NCBI GenBank assembly: GCA_029717555.1
Contig: JAMDHS010000057.1
Location: forward strand, 124,001-146,714
DNA from: Peribolospora baueri
Taxonomy: Eukaryota
Reading direction: 5' to 3'
Length of the DNA: 22,714 nucleotides
The position numbers were made by a program, and so were the translations under genes. Below the pieces are notes generated by a model. It was not told the DNA's origin and did not search any database. It saw only the letters and a program-made list of their open reading frames with translations. Shown piece after piece: positions 1-9,800 of the stretch (the stretch's first letter is position 1; each line of letters starts with the position of its first letter).

Positions 1-22
1 GGTGGAGGAACGAAACACTCAC

Positions 23-2751
23 GAGCGATCGACGTTGAAACAGGTGTACCAGGTCCTCTCCCTGTTCAGGATCTCCCTCTCCCTGTCCAATACGGCCGGA
101 TCGTCGCGGTGCGGGTTGCCAGGCAAGGTGGCCACGCTCTTGCGATGCAGGTTGAGGTCGGTGGCCATGCGAATGGCGACGCCGGAGAAGAGCCACGTCT
201 TGTCCTCCTCGAACCTCTCCGCCGGCTGGCTCCACAAGGAGAGAAGGAGAAAGCCTTGCACGATCTCGACGGACTTGTAACCCCTGCTCATCACGTCAAA
301 GGCCACCTTTTTAGCCAGCGCGAGGCACTTGGGGTGCAGTTCCGGACGCTGGGTATAGAATTTGCTGGCGACGGTGCAGACGCAGGTGAAGAGGAAAGGG
401 GAGCGGGAGCAGATAAAGGTGGGCGTGTGCCACTCGGGATCGAGGAGGAGAAGGAAGAGAGAGCAGTTCTCGAAAAAGATCTTGAAGAGCGAGATGACCT
501 CTTCGGACGAGACGATGCCCTGAGTGAGCAGGTCCGGCGGCATCTCTCGTTCGATGATGATCCGTCGCAGCGGCAGGATGGTCATCGGGCCTGTTCGAAG
601 CCATCGATCAAGAAGGGGCCAGACCAGACGGCGCCGTTTGCGTTTGGCGTTCAGCGGACGATCCAGACAAAAAAAAAGGCTAGCCGTCTCTCGCTCTCCA
701 CCCAACAATACGGAAACTCACCAGGTTTGAAATAAGTCTCGTTCGCGACGCCCAACTTCTTCTTCGGCATCCCGTCTTTCCCTTCTCCAGCGACGCCGGC
801 GCCGCCGCCTTTGTCGCCCCCTTCGCTCTCGAGCCCAGGAGGAAGACTGGCCCTTCCTTTGCCCTTGCCCTTGCCTTTGCCGCCGCCGCCGCCGTCGATG
901 TCCTCGCCCTGCTGGTCATCACCTCCCATCGCCATCGCGTCCTCCGCATTCGTCACGCTCGCAGCCCTGCCGACAGGCCTGAGCAAGCTGTTATTGATCG
1001 AACCGCTGGCGCCACCACCACCTCCTCCTCCTCCGGCGGTGTAACGCCTTTGCTTGCGGTGCGAGTTGTGCAGACTCGCCTCGGCGAGCAGGCCTAGCGG
1101 GTTGAGCGTGTTATCGGGGAGGGCGTGGAGGCGCGGGGAGGCGCGCCTGCGCTGGTGGGAGCCCTGGTGGCTCTGGGGCTGAGCGAGGCGCTGGGAATGG
1201 AGCGGGGAGGAGGCGGAAGAGGAGGCGAAGCTGCCTCCGAACGGTTGCGCGGACAGATAAGGGCCGGCACCGGCACCGGGTCCGGCGGGAGGCGAAGGTT
1301 GGTTGGGGTTGAACGTGAAGGCCGAAGGCGACAGGGACGTTCCGCCGGGGGAGGCCATGGAAAACACGGGGAAGCCACCTTGCGGGTGGGAACCTGGCGC
1401 GCTGAACGACGGGGTCAGGTGGCTGCGGTGCGAGTGCTGCGAGCCCGATGCTGGAGAGTGGTCATGCTGCTGGTCCATCACAGGCGATGGCGAGCGGGTC
1501 ACCATGCCGCCCGCCTGGGCGGCAAGACCCGGGTTCTTGATGGAGCGGAGGACGGTGTCGAGCGTCTTTTCCATCTTTTTCAGTGACTTGGCCATTGCTT
1601 CCGTTTTCCTGTCAAGAGAAGAGGCCACCGGACCATTTTCGTTCAACTCGCTGCCCTTTCGGTCGGCCACGTCGGCCCTGCCGACCAACCACTCACTTTA
1701 CGCTCTTCCTGCCACGATTGCTCTCCTCAAAGATACACTCGTGTCCGCCGTTCTTGCATCGCTTGCACGGAGGGCCGTTCTCAGCGCCTACGCAGCGCAT
1801 TTTCAGGCGGCGGCAGTTGGTGCATGCCCTGAGAGAAGGAAGAGGGGGGGCGAGAGCCAGGGTGGGCGACTAGGGTGAGCGACGTGACAGCTTGGGCGTA
1901 TGGAAAAGATTAAAAATAAAAAAAAATAAAAAAGGACTCCAAACTCACCTCGACCCCCTCGCCGGCTTGATCTTCTTCCCATCCGGGCCCACCTGCCGCT
2001 TCCCATCCCTGTCCTTGCCCGCACCACCAGAACCGCCGGAGCCAGCGCCGGCCCCCTTATCCTTCTTGCCGTACTGCTGCTGCCGCTCCGACCCCTCGTC
2101 CGCCTCCGACGCCTCCTCCTCGGTCACCTCCTCCTCACTCCCATCCTGACCGCGCTCCGGCGAGGCCACGGCATCCTGGTTGGCGACGCGCTTCGCTCCG
2201 CCGGCGGCGGCGTCGGCGTCCGTATCGACGTCAGCGTCGAGGGCGCCGGGGGCGCGCTTGCGTTTGCGTGCGTCTGCGGCTTCGGGGAGCGAAGTTGCGC
2301 CAACAAGATAAGGGGAGCCGGCGTCTGGGGAAGAGTAGGCCTGGTGAGAGAGGTGGGAGGGTGGATGGCCGTGCGGAAGTGGTGCGTGCGGGTGGGGGTA
2401 GTGCAAGATGGGCGCCTGCGGCGGGCCCATGGGGAACCTGGCTCCGCCCATAAGGAGGGTCGAGTTGGCGCTAAGGGTCTGAGAAGACGAGCCGGGCGAG
2501 AGAGTGTAGGGGGAGGAGGGGTAGTAAGGCGGGCCGGGGTAAGGGACGCTGGTCTGGTGAGGGATGCCGCCGGCGCCGGGGTAGCCTGCGGGCCCGCGCT
2601 GGCCGCCAGGGCTGCCCATGCTGGCGAGGGCGGGGTCGATGACGGAGGCAGAGGTGAGAGATGGCAAGGGGAAAGAAGGCGTGTTGGGCGTGGAGGCGTT
2701 GGACGAGGACTGGTTCAACCGCGGCGGTGGTTGCTGGTGCGACGGTTGCAT
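23..2751 (-). CDS. PRIB-like Zn(II)2Cys6 fungal transcription factor with fungal-specific TF (middle homology) domain; 3' end lies outside the window. Exons 2751-1949, 1828-1697, 1608-722, 590-23
   Basis: Exon 2 translates to ACTNCRRLKMRCVGAENGPPCKRCKNGGHECIFEESNRGRK, a six-Cys binuclear cluster. It is followed by a coiled-coil (KTEAMAKSLKKMEKTLDTVL), the PRIB-type motifs LNPLGLLAEASL and YFKPGPMTILPLRR, and a Fungal_trans region (SVEIVQGFLLLSLW...TWLFSGVAIRMATDLNLH...RERTW). All four donors are GTGAGT, acceptors are CAG, and exon phases are consistent. An in-frame upstream ATG at 2922 is an alternative start. Confidence 0.92.
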
Positions 2752-3423
2752 TTCAGTGAGAGCGAGTGAACGAGAACGCGCTCGCGTCGTCCGTGGCTTG
2801 CTTTCCTTCGTCCCTCCTTCCGTCAGGGCTCGTCGCTTGTGGTGGCGTGCTGGATGGGACGAGTGGCAGCCGGCTGGAAGCGCATGTGCAGAAGAAAAAA
2901 AGGACGGCGAGAAGAAAGACATGGAGCGTCAGCGGCGAGCCGGGCGAGCGCGGTGGGCGACGCAGCAAACGACGGCGAGACGGCCGTTCGCCGGCGTCGA
3001 CATGAACGCGTGCGAGGGCAGGAGGAGGGAAGGAAGGGACAAGGTGCGCAAGGACGAGGACGAGGACAAGACCGGGCGACTTATGATGGATGCTCACCTT
3101 GGACACGCTCGGACGACGGAGGGTCGGGTGGCGGTCACGTCCGTTTTCTTCCTGCGGTCGTTTGAAGCCGGTCGGTCGGTCGGTGGTCGTCGCTCTCGTT
3201 GACCGTGTCGAGGGGCGAGAGGCGGCTCCCCTTGCCGTACCTCTTCCTCTTTTTATTCTGCTTCTGCTTCTTCCTCTCCTTCGCTTCGAGGGGTCCGGGT
3301 GGTGCCGTCGGATGGAGTGACGGTCGACGAAGGAAGAGGAAGTGGTCGAGAGGCGATCAGCTCAGCTCAGCCGCAACCATCATGGTGGCGGGAACTCCGC
3401 GTTCGTTGGACGACGCAAATGCT

Positions 3424-3524
3424 CACGTGCCGACCACGTGGCCATTCAGCGTAAGTCCGACCGCCGTGCGCGCATCTCCGCTGGGTCACATGCTGCAATG
3501 TAGCCGTGCGTCAGATGGCACGTG
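3424..3524. promoter_or_regulatory. Three palindromic CACGTG E-box (bHLH) sites in the divergent promoter between the TF gene and gene 2
   Basis: CACGTG at 3424-3429, 3435-3440 and 3519-3524. Function is inferred only. Confidence 0.4.
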
Positions 3525-3821
3525 CTCGATCTCTCTGTACGGCCGTAAGGGCGACCATGGCGACCAGGGCGACGTGGACTGACTGCTGCGGCAGACCTTC
3601 CACGTCGGCGTCGCTGGTCTCGATCTCGATCGGACGATGTCATCGTCGAGATTCGGACAGACGGCAACGGCACGATAACAACGGCCACGGCCAGGCCACG
3701 ACCACGATCACATCAACGACCTGTTTCGAAAAATACTTCATCTCGTCCTTCTCACCAGCGCCCGCACTCCCCGTCATCTTCCCAAGCCCCTAGTCCGCCC
3801 CGTTCCTGCTTTTTGCTCACG

Positions 3822-5987
3822 ATGGGCATCTTGAAGAAGCCAAAGACCTTCCCCTCCGACGAAGACGCCGGGCAGCCACTTCTCTCGCCCACCGACTACG
3901 ACCTTGAGCGACACGCTTTTGCCTCCCAGCCTTCTAACTCTCCTCCTTTTGCTTCTTCGGGACCCGCACCGCCCGCGTACGAGCCCGTCGCCGGCGGGCG
4001 GTATAGCGACGACGATCTCGATGCCGCGCGGCCGAGTGCAGTGGCGCGCCCACCACATTTGCAGGAGTGGGCCGAGACGGGGCCGCCAGCCGTGCCGCCC
4101 TATTCGGAGAAGCAGACCAGGAGCAGGTTCTTGCGCGCCCTGGTGTGGGCGCTCGGTATCTGGCTCGTCTGCCACATCACCGTCCTCCTCGGCTGTCAGT
4201 GGACTGTGTGCAGACCCTCGAGGGCCGGTGGCCACCACAGTCCGCCTTGGACATCGCCCATCCTTCCTCCTGGGGAGCAGCCGGTGAGTTGGTATTTGGC
4301 ACATCAATACATTACTCAGGCTGTCGAGCCGAGCGGTCTCGGCTTCGGCTAAAAGCAATCGGGCCGTGTGGCCCAAAAGTTCCACGTCAGCCTCCGCAGC
4401 GCGGCCCCACCCACGCTCCTTGTCCCGGTCACACGAGCGCTCACCATCTTCTCCCGTGTCCATTGTCCCTCTCTCCACCATGTGCCAGGTCTCCGCTCCT
4501 ACGCCGCCCTCTAGCGACGGCGCCCCCGCCAGCTGGGCTGTGTGGGGCCCCACGACGGTGTACTCACCCAATTCCCACCCCGTCCTTTACCATTCTTTCG
4601 CCAACTTCACCCTCTCGCCCGACGCCTCGCTTCTCTTTGCCCACGCTTTTGGCTCTGCGTACGGAGGTGAGGTGACGTTCGATCTTGTAGACGCCGATGA
4701 GCATGGCGACGGCGGCGATGGGCAGATTCACGTGGACGTCGAGGCCATCTTCGCCGATGAGCAGTCGAGGAACGAGGTGGCGGTGGTCAAGATGTCGAAG
4801 AAGGGCAGCGAGGGGCTCGGCATTTACGTGAGTCCAGCGCGGCTATCTCCGCAGTCGTGCGGTCATTCATTTCTCATGCCTCTTCCGCCTTGCCGTCGTC
4901 TTTCTGAAATCCGACAGGGCAACGACCAAGGCCATAACGAAACAGAGAGCAGGCTATCTTTCCAGGCCACCATCCGTCTCCCCTCCTCGGCAGCAACCAA
5001 GGTGGAACGCACGGCCGACGGTCGTCGTCCGCTTCACATCAAACATTTCGAGACGGACGTGTGGAACATGGCCGTCTCCTCCAGTAAGGCGCTCGAAGGC
5101 AAGGTCGAGTTTGGTGTTTTCGATGCGAAAACCAAAAACGGACCTGTGGCGGTGGACGTGAGTCTTTGTCCGCCCGAATCGGTCGCCGCGTGTCACTCTT
5201 CTCCGTCCCTACGCTAACCCATTTTTTTTTTGAATCTCGCTCGCCCTGACAGTCCATTGTCGCGACGGATAAGATCTCCGTCGAGAGCCTGAATGGCCCG
5301 CTCCGTTCGTCCCGCTTGCTCTCCGCTCCCATCATCGCAGCTCAAACGTCCAACGGCGCCGTCGCGTTCGAGAACGTGCGCGCCCCCACCTCCGTGACCC
5401 TGTCGTCGCAGAACGGAAGGGTGTGGCCGGAAGACGTCGTCTCGCCGAATATTACGTGTCTCTCTCGGACGGGAAGCGTTAGGGGTACGTATCACGTCAC
5501 GGACTCGCTCACCTTGAACGCATTCGCGGGCAACATTGAAGCGGACGTGTACGTCGAGGAGAACGACGGCGCCGAGAGGGAGAATGGCAAACGCCCCGTC
5601 ACCGTAAAGGCAACCACGCGCACCGGCTCCGTCAACCTGGTCTACAAGGGCCACGCTCCTCTGGTGCCGCTCTTCAGCGCGGCCTCGTCGGAGACCGGCA
5701 GGGTGCGCGTGATCCAGCACCCAGCCTTTGAGGGCGACTTCCGAGCCAGCGCCTTCACCGGATCGGTGGACGTGGTGTCCCCGCCTCTGGACGTGAAAGA
5801 TCCCGCGGGCCTCGGCAGGAAGCGCTCCTTTGTAAAGTCGGTCGAGCGGGGCGTCCTTAGGAGGCTCGTCAAGGGCCGGCAGGTCTGGACCGACCCGTCG
5901 TCGTCGTCGTCGGATGATGGACGGGCGCGCCTGGGCAACTCGGTCGCCGAAGCGACGACGGGATCGGTCTTTTTCAAGTTCTTGTGA
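3822..5987 (+). CDS. Single-pass (type II-like) membrane protein, ~591 aa, with a DUF4097/putative-adhesin-like repetitive beta-solenoid C-terminal domain. Exons 3822-4283, 4489-4827, 4918-5157, 5253-5987
   Basis: Three GTGAGT...CAG introns join in frame. The N-terminus is Pro-rich (PPAY), followed by one hydrophobic segment (FLRALVWALGIWLVCHITVLLGC), a GLGIY motif, and recurring T/S-x-N/T-G-x-V turns (TKNGPV, SLNGPL, TSNGAV, SQNGRV, SRTGSV, TRTGSV, SETGRV, AFTGSV, ATTGSV). A DPAGLGRKR motif occurs near the end, recalled from fungal members of this family. Family name from memory, not from a search. Confidence 0.8.
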
Positions 5988-6284
5988 TCTCCTCCCTCTC
6001 CTCTTCTCTTCTCCTCTCTTCTTCCCCTCTCATTTGGAAATTCTCTCCAAGCTCACGCGTGTGTCAATACGAATTCTGTGTTTCATTAATTACCTCGGGC
6101 AAATTGACGTGACGTGACGGGCCGTGCGTGCTTAAATCGCAAAGCGGGTTCACCCTGTTTCAATTCTGCGTTCTCGTTCGCTTTGGAGAGAAGGAGAGAG
6201 AAAGGGGGGGTGGGCAAGGGGGAATGTAGCCGATCGCTCTCTCTCTGCCTTGTTTTCACCGGCGTCGACATCGAGTGAAATCCG

Positions 6285-6314
6285 GGAAAGGAAGAAAGAA
6301 AGAAAGAAAGAAGG
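6285..6314 (+). repeat. (GAAA)n-type purine microsatellite in the convergent intergenic region
   Basis: gaaaggaagaaagaaagaaagaaagaagg seen directly. Confidence 0.75.
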
Positions 6315-6806
6315 ATGAATGGATGGAATGACTCCCCTTCCGCACGCACCTCCATCCCATCCCATCGCAGCAAGCGTCATTCCCATCCTCTCACAGGCTC
6401 ATGCCCAGGCCGCCAACGTACGCCCTCACCTGTCCCCTCTTTTCTCTCTTATCATGACAAACCCCCCTCTGGCCGAGACGCGAGACGCGAGACGCCGCCG
6501 CGCTTTTCCGTTTTCCGCGCCGATGGGTGCGATAGGACGATATGGACATGGGTCTTTCGCCCGGCGGCACTTCTTGCTGGACAACTGGTCGGCTCAAACG
6601 GAGGGGATGCCATGACCGAATTGAATATGATATACGAAGAGTCACGAGCACAGCTGCTAAAGGACATACACCTATGAACCGAGCCGAACCGATGTGATGC
6701 AATCAATGTAAAGTGGAGGCCAAAGGCGGGTACTGACACGTCAAAGTTCGTCGAGCATCGCGAGTCGTTCGGAACGTTTGGGTCGTCAAGCGAATCGAAA
6801 GGTCCG

Positions 6807-9800
6807 TCACGTCGACTCGTCCAGGTAATGGAAAGAGAAGCCCTCCGGCGCCTCCCTTCCATCCCTCAGGGTCGACGTCGATCTCGATGAGTTCTGCCCA
6901 GTCTGGAACTGACGCAGAGGCGGGGGCGGTTGGGGATGGGGGTGTGAAAATGGACGAGCGACTGGATCTGAGTGGCGAGGGGAGGATCGAAGCGTACGAT
7001 CCATCTGTGCCGGTGGTTGTGTCGCGCGGGGAAGCGATGCTTCCAAGCTTAAACGAGGATGCGCACGCGGACGATGGCCGGGCGGTGAAGTAGGCCCGAT
7101 GGGGAGAATGGCTCGTACCGAGCTGTAACCGCGGTTGTACGACCGTAACCCTGAACCAGGAGGATGAGGTGCTTGGCCAACTCCGACGATAATTCCGGCT
7201 TGACGGTCCGGATCTCGCAACGGAGCTGCGTACCGAACCTGCTGGCTGTGTTGTGGAGGATAGACGGAGGGCTCGCGGTATCCGTAGTACGGCCTCGGCA
7301 CGCCGGCGGGATAGGGCACGGGGGGAGGCAAAGTGGGAAGAGGGCGAGAGAGGACGTCGGCGGAGACGATGCTCCCCACCTCGACGGTCGACGTCGACGA
7401 CATGTTGACGAAGCTCGTCAAACCCGGGTGTCGCGGGCCGACCCCATATCCCGCGCCGATGCTGTTGCCTGCGTAGGCTGCACCAGGACCAGCGCTATGT
7501 CTTCGCGAGCGCCGGCTAGACTGTGGGTCGGGTTTAGGGCCAGCCCGGTAACCTCTACCTTGAGGGTCAATTATTTCTCCAACCTGATAAAAGGGTTGCC
7601 GCCTCTCCGCCTCGAAAGGCAACGCTGACCGAGCAGCAGCATACGGATCATCAGCCCCGACACCGAGACGCGATCCAGCCACCGAGCCGAGCTGCGACGG
7701 CGCCGGAATGGACAACCGGCCAGCTTCCGTGCCATCTAGGCCGGCTTGTCCAGCCTTGGCCACCGGCGCCGCCGACTTCCTTCGTTCGTGATCGTCCACT
7801 GATGGTCGTGCAGCGGATTTGGAAAACGGCTCGGAGGGTGGGGAAACCGCGCCAGCTCGTCGATCGCGGCCTTCGGAGAGAACAACACGTGTCTCCGCTC
7901 GCAAGCGCTCCAGCCCCTGGGGAGCGGAAGCGAGAGCCGCAGGTGCCAAAGAGGAGCCGGATGCCGATGGTAGGGGGAAGGAGAAGGGTCGTGACGAAGT
8001 TGACTTCGAGGAGGCAGTCTGCCCGGACGCCGTATTAGGGTACCGGCTGGGACTCAGAGGCGTCGGAAGGACAACCTCCGTGGGGCGCTTTGGGCCTTGT
8101 CCAGGACCAGGCGGAGAGCGTTTCTGTCGGTCGCGAGAAGAAGCGATAACGACGGAGGGAGTCGAGGAGCTGGTCTCTGGCATGGGCGTGATCCTTGGCG
8201 TCGCATGTCCCACGCTGCCGTGCTTTGACGAGCCGGCCGTGGTCGAGCCTTGGCCTTTGTTGATGACGACGACGGACGACGCCGCCGTGAGCTGTCGCAC
8301 CGGTGGAGAAGGCGACCGGCGGTGTGTCGGCTGAGACGCAAATTCAGGGGCACGCGTCGGCAAGATGACAGGCGCTGGAGTTTCTCGTGGCGATGAGACA
8401 ACCGGCGCAGACACTCGACGCCATCTAGAGCGAGATGGTAGCGCAGTGTACTTGTCATCTACAGCCGGAGGTGATCGGCGCATCAGTAAACGTTCCCGCA
8501 CGATTCGGGAACCAGACGGGGGGTTAGAGGGGCTATGAGAAGGCGGCGAAGGTGAACTTGGGGTATGAGGGATGGCGAAATCGCGGTCGAGGCCCGGCGC
8601 GCCCTCCCCTCTTGGCGGTAGCGCATGCGGTGACGGCAGGGTCTCTTCGTGGTCATTCGAGGACGTCTGCGGCAGAGCGGCGGCCAGCACACCCTGGAGC
8701 AAGGGAGACATGGGTCGGGAAAACGTGGAGGACCTGCGGGAGATGTCTTTGGAGTGATCCGAGTCGGACATGTGTTGTTGAGAGTGCTCTACTGTCGCCG
8801 GGGGCGGTGACGGGTCCGGGCTTTCGGCATCGCCGGCCGTTGAAGGCGGGAAATCCCGAGCGGAAACCGAAAACGCTACAACGTCGACGTCCATGGCGAC
8901 GCGGCCCCCGTCCAGGCTGACAGTGGGCTTCTCTTCCACATCCTCTTCCCCCTCTAAATCGACCTCCTCTCCCAGCGCGATCTTCTCTTCCTCATCTCCC
9001 TCCTCCGCCCTTCCTTCTCCTAACCCACCTCCAGATCCTGAGATTCTCTCCTTGAACGCCCTCCACCAGCTCTTCTCCTTATTTCTCCGCGACAACCTCG
9101 CCTTGTCCGCCTCCTTTCCCCGGTCAGCAGCCGAACGAACGTACGCCGAGGCGGTTGCGTTGCGCGCGATTTGGTGACCGAACAGGCCGCGGGACCGCAA
9201 ATCTTCTTCAACCTCGTCGGCAAAACTCATCCTTCCTTTCGCGCTGTTCAGACCGCCGCCGCCGCCGCCGCGGTTTTCGTCGTCGGGATCGTGAACGCTG
9301 AGGGGGAGGAAGGCGATGGGCATGGAGTAGGAAAGGTGCAGAGGAAGGAGCTCAGGATGGTCGTCGCGGAAGGCGCCATCCTTGTCCCGACGCTCTTCGT
9401 AGCCTCGGTAGAGCGTCGAGCCGAGCTTGCGGATAAGTGCCTCATCGCCATCGTCGTCGTCGTAGTCATCATCATCATTGTCGTCGTCGTCGTCATCGTG
9501 TTGCCGAGATCTCGCGGCAACTCCCACTCCCCTTCCGCCTCGCCTCCCCGCCGCCGACGCAGTCGCCGGTACGAGCCCAGCACTGCCACTCGGTAGGCGA
9601 TCGTGGTCGAGGTGTCTGAAGAAGCTTGGTATACGACCCCTCTCGTCCTCCTTCAACATCTCCATCTCCGCCTCCCTCTCCACGCCCAACGCCTTCTCCA
9701 AGTGCCCGTACCTCTGCGCCCTCACGTCGTACCTCGTGAGCCCCTCCTCGCCCCTGGCCTTGGCAGCGACGTACTTGCTTGAGCGGCGCATCTCGAAGAA

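Noticed and set aside
1906..1935. Poly-A-rich tract that could mark a retroposed element
   Set aside because: It lies within intron 1 of the minus-strand TF as a U-rich intronic tract. No target-site duplication or element body is present.
109..3202. Many long plus-strand ORFs antisense to the transcription factor gene (and likewise antisense to the other genes)
   Set aside because: They are shadow ORFs caused by GC-rich codon usage of the real genes, with no independent coding signal.
4284..4488. TPP riboswitch or hammerhead ribozyme in the structured intron
   Set aside because: The core motifs (CTGAGA and the GATAATGCCAGCG-like segment for TPP; CTGANGA...GAAA for hammerhead) are absent. 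It is kept only as an unclassified structure.
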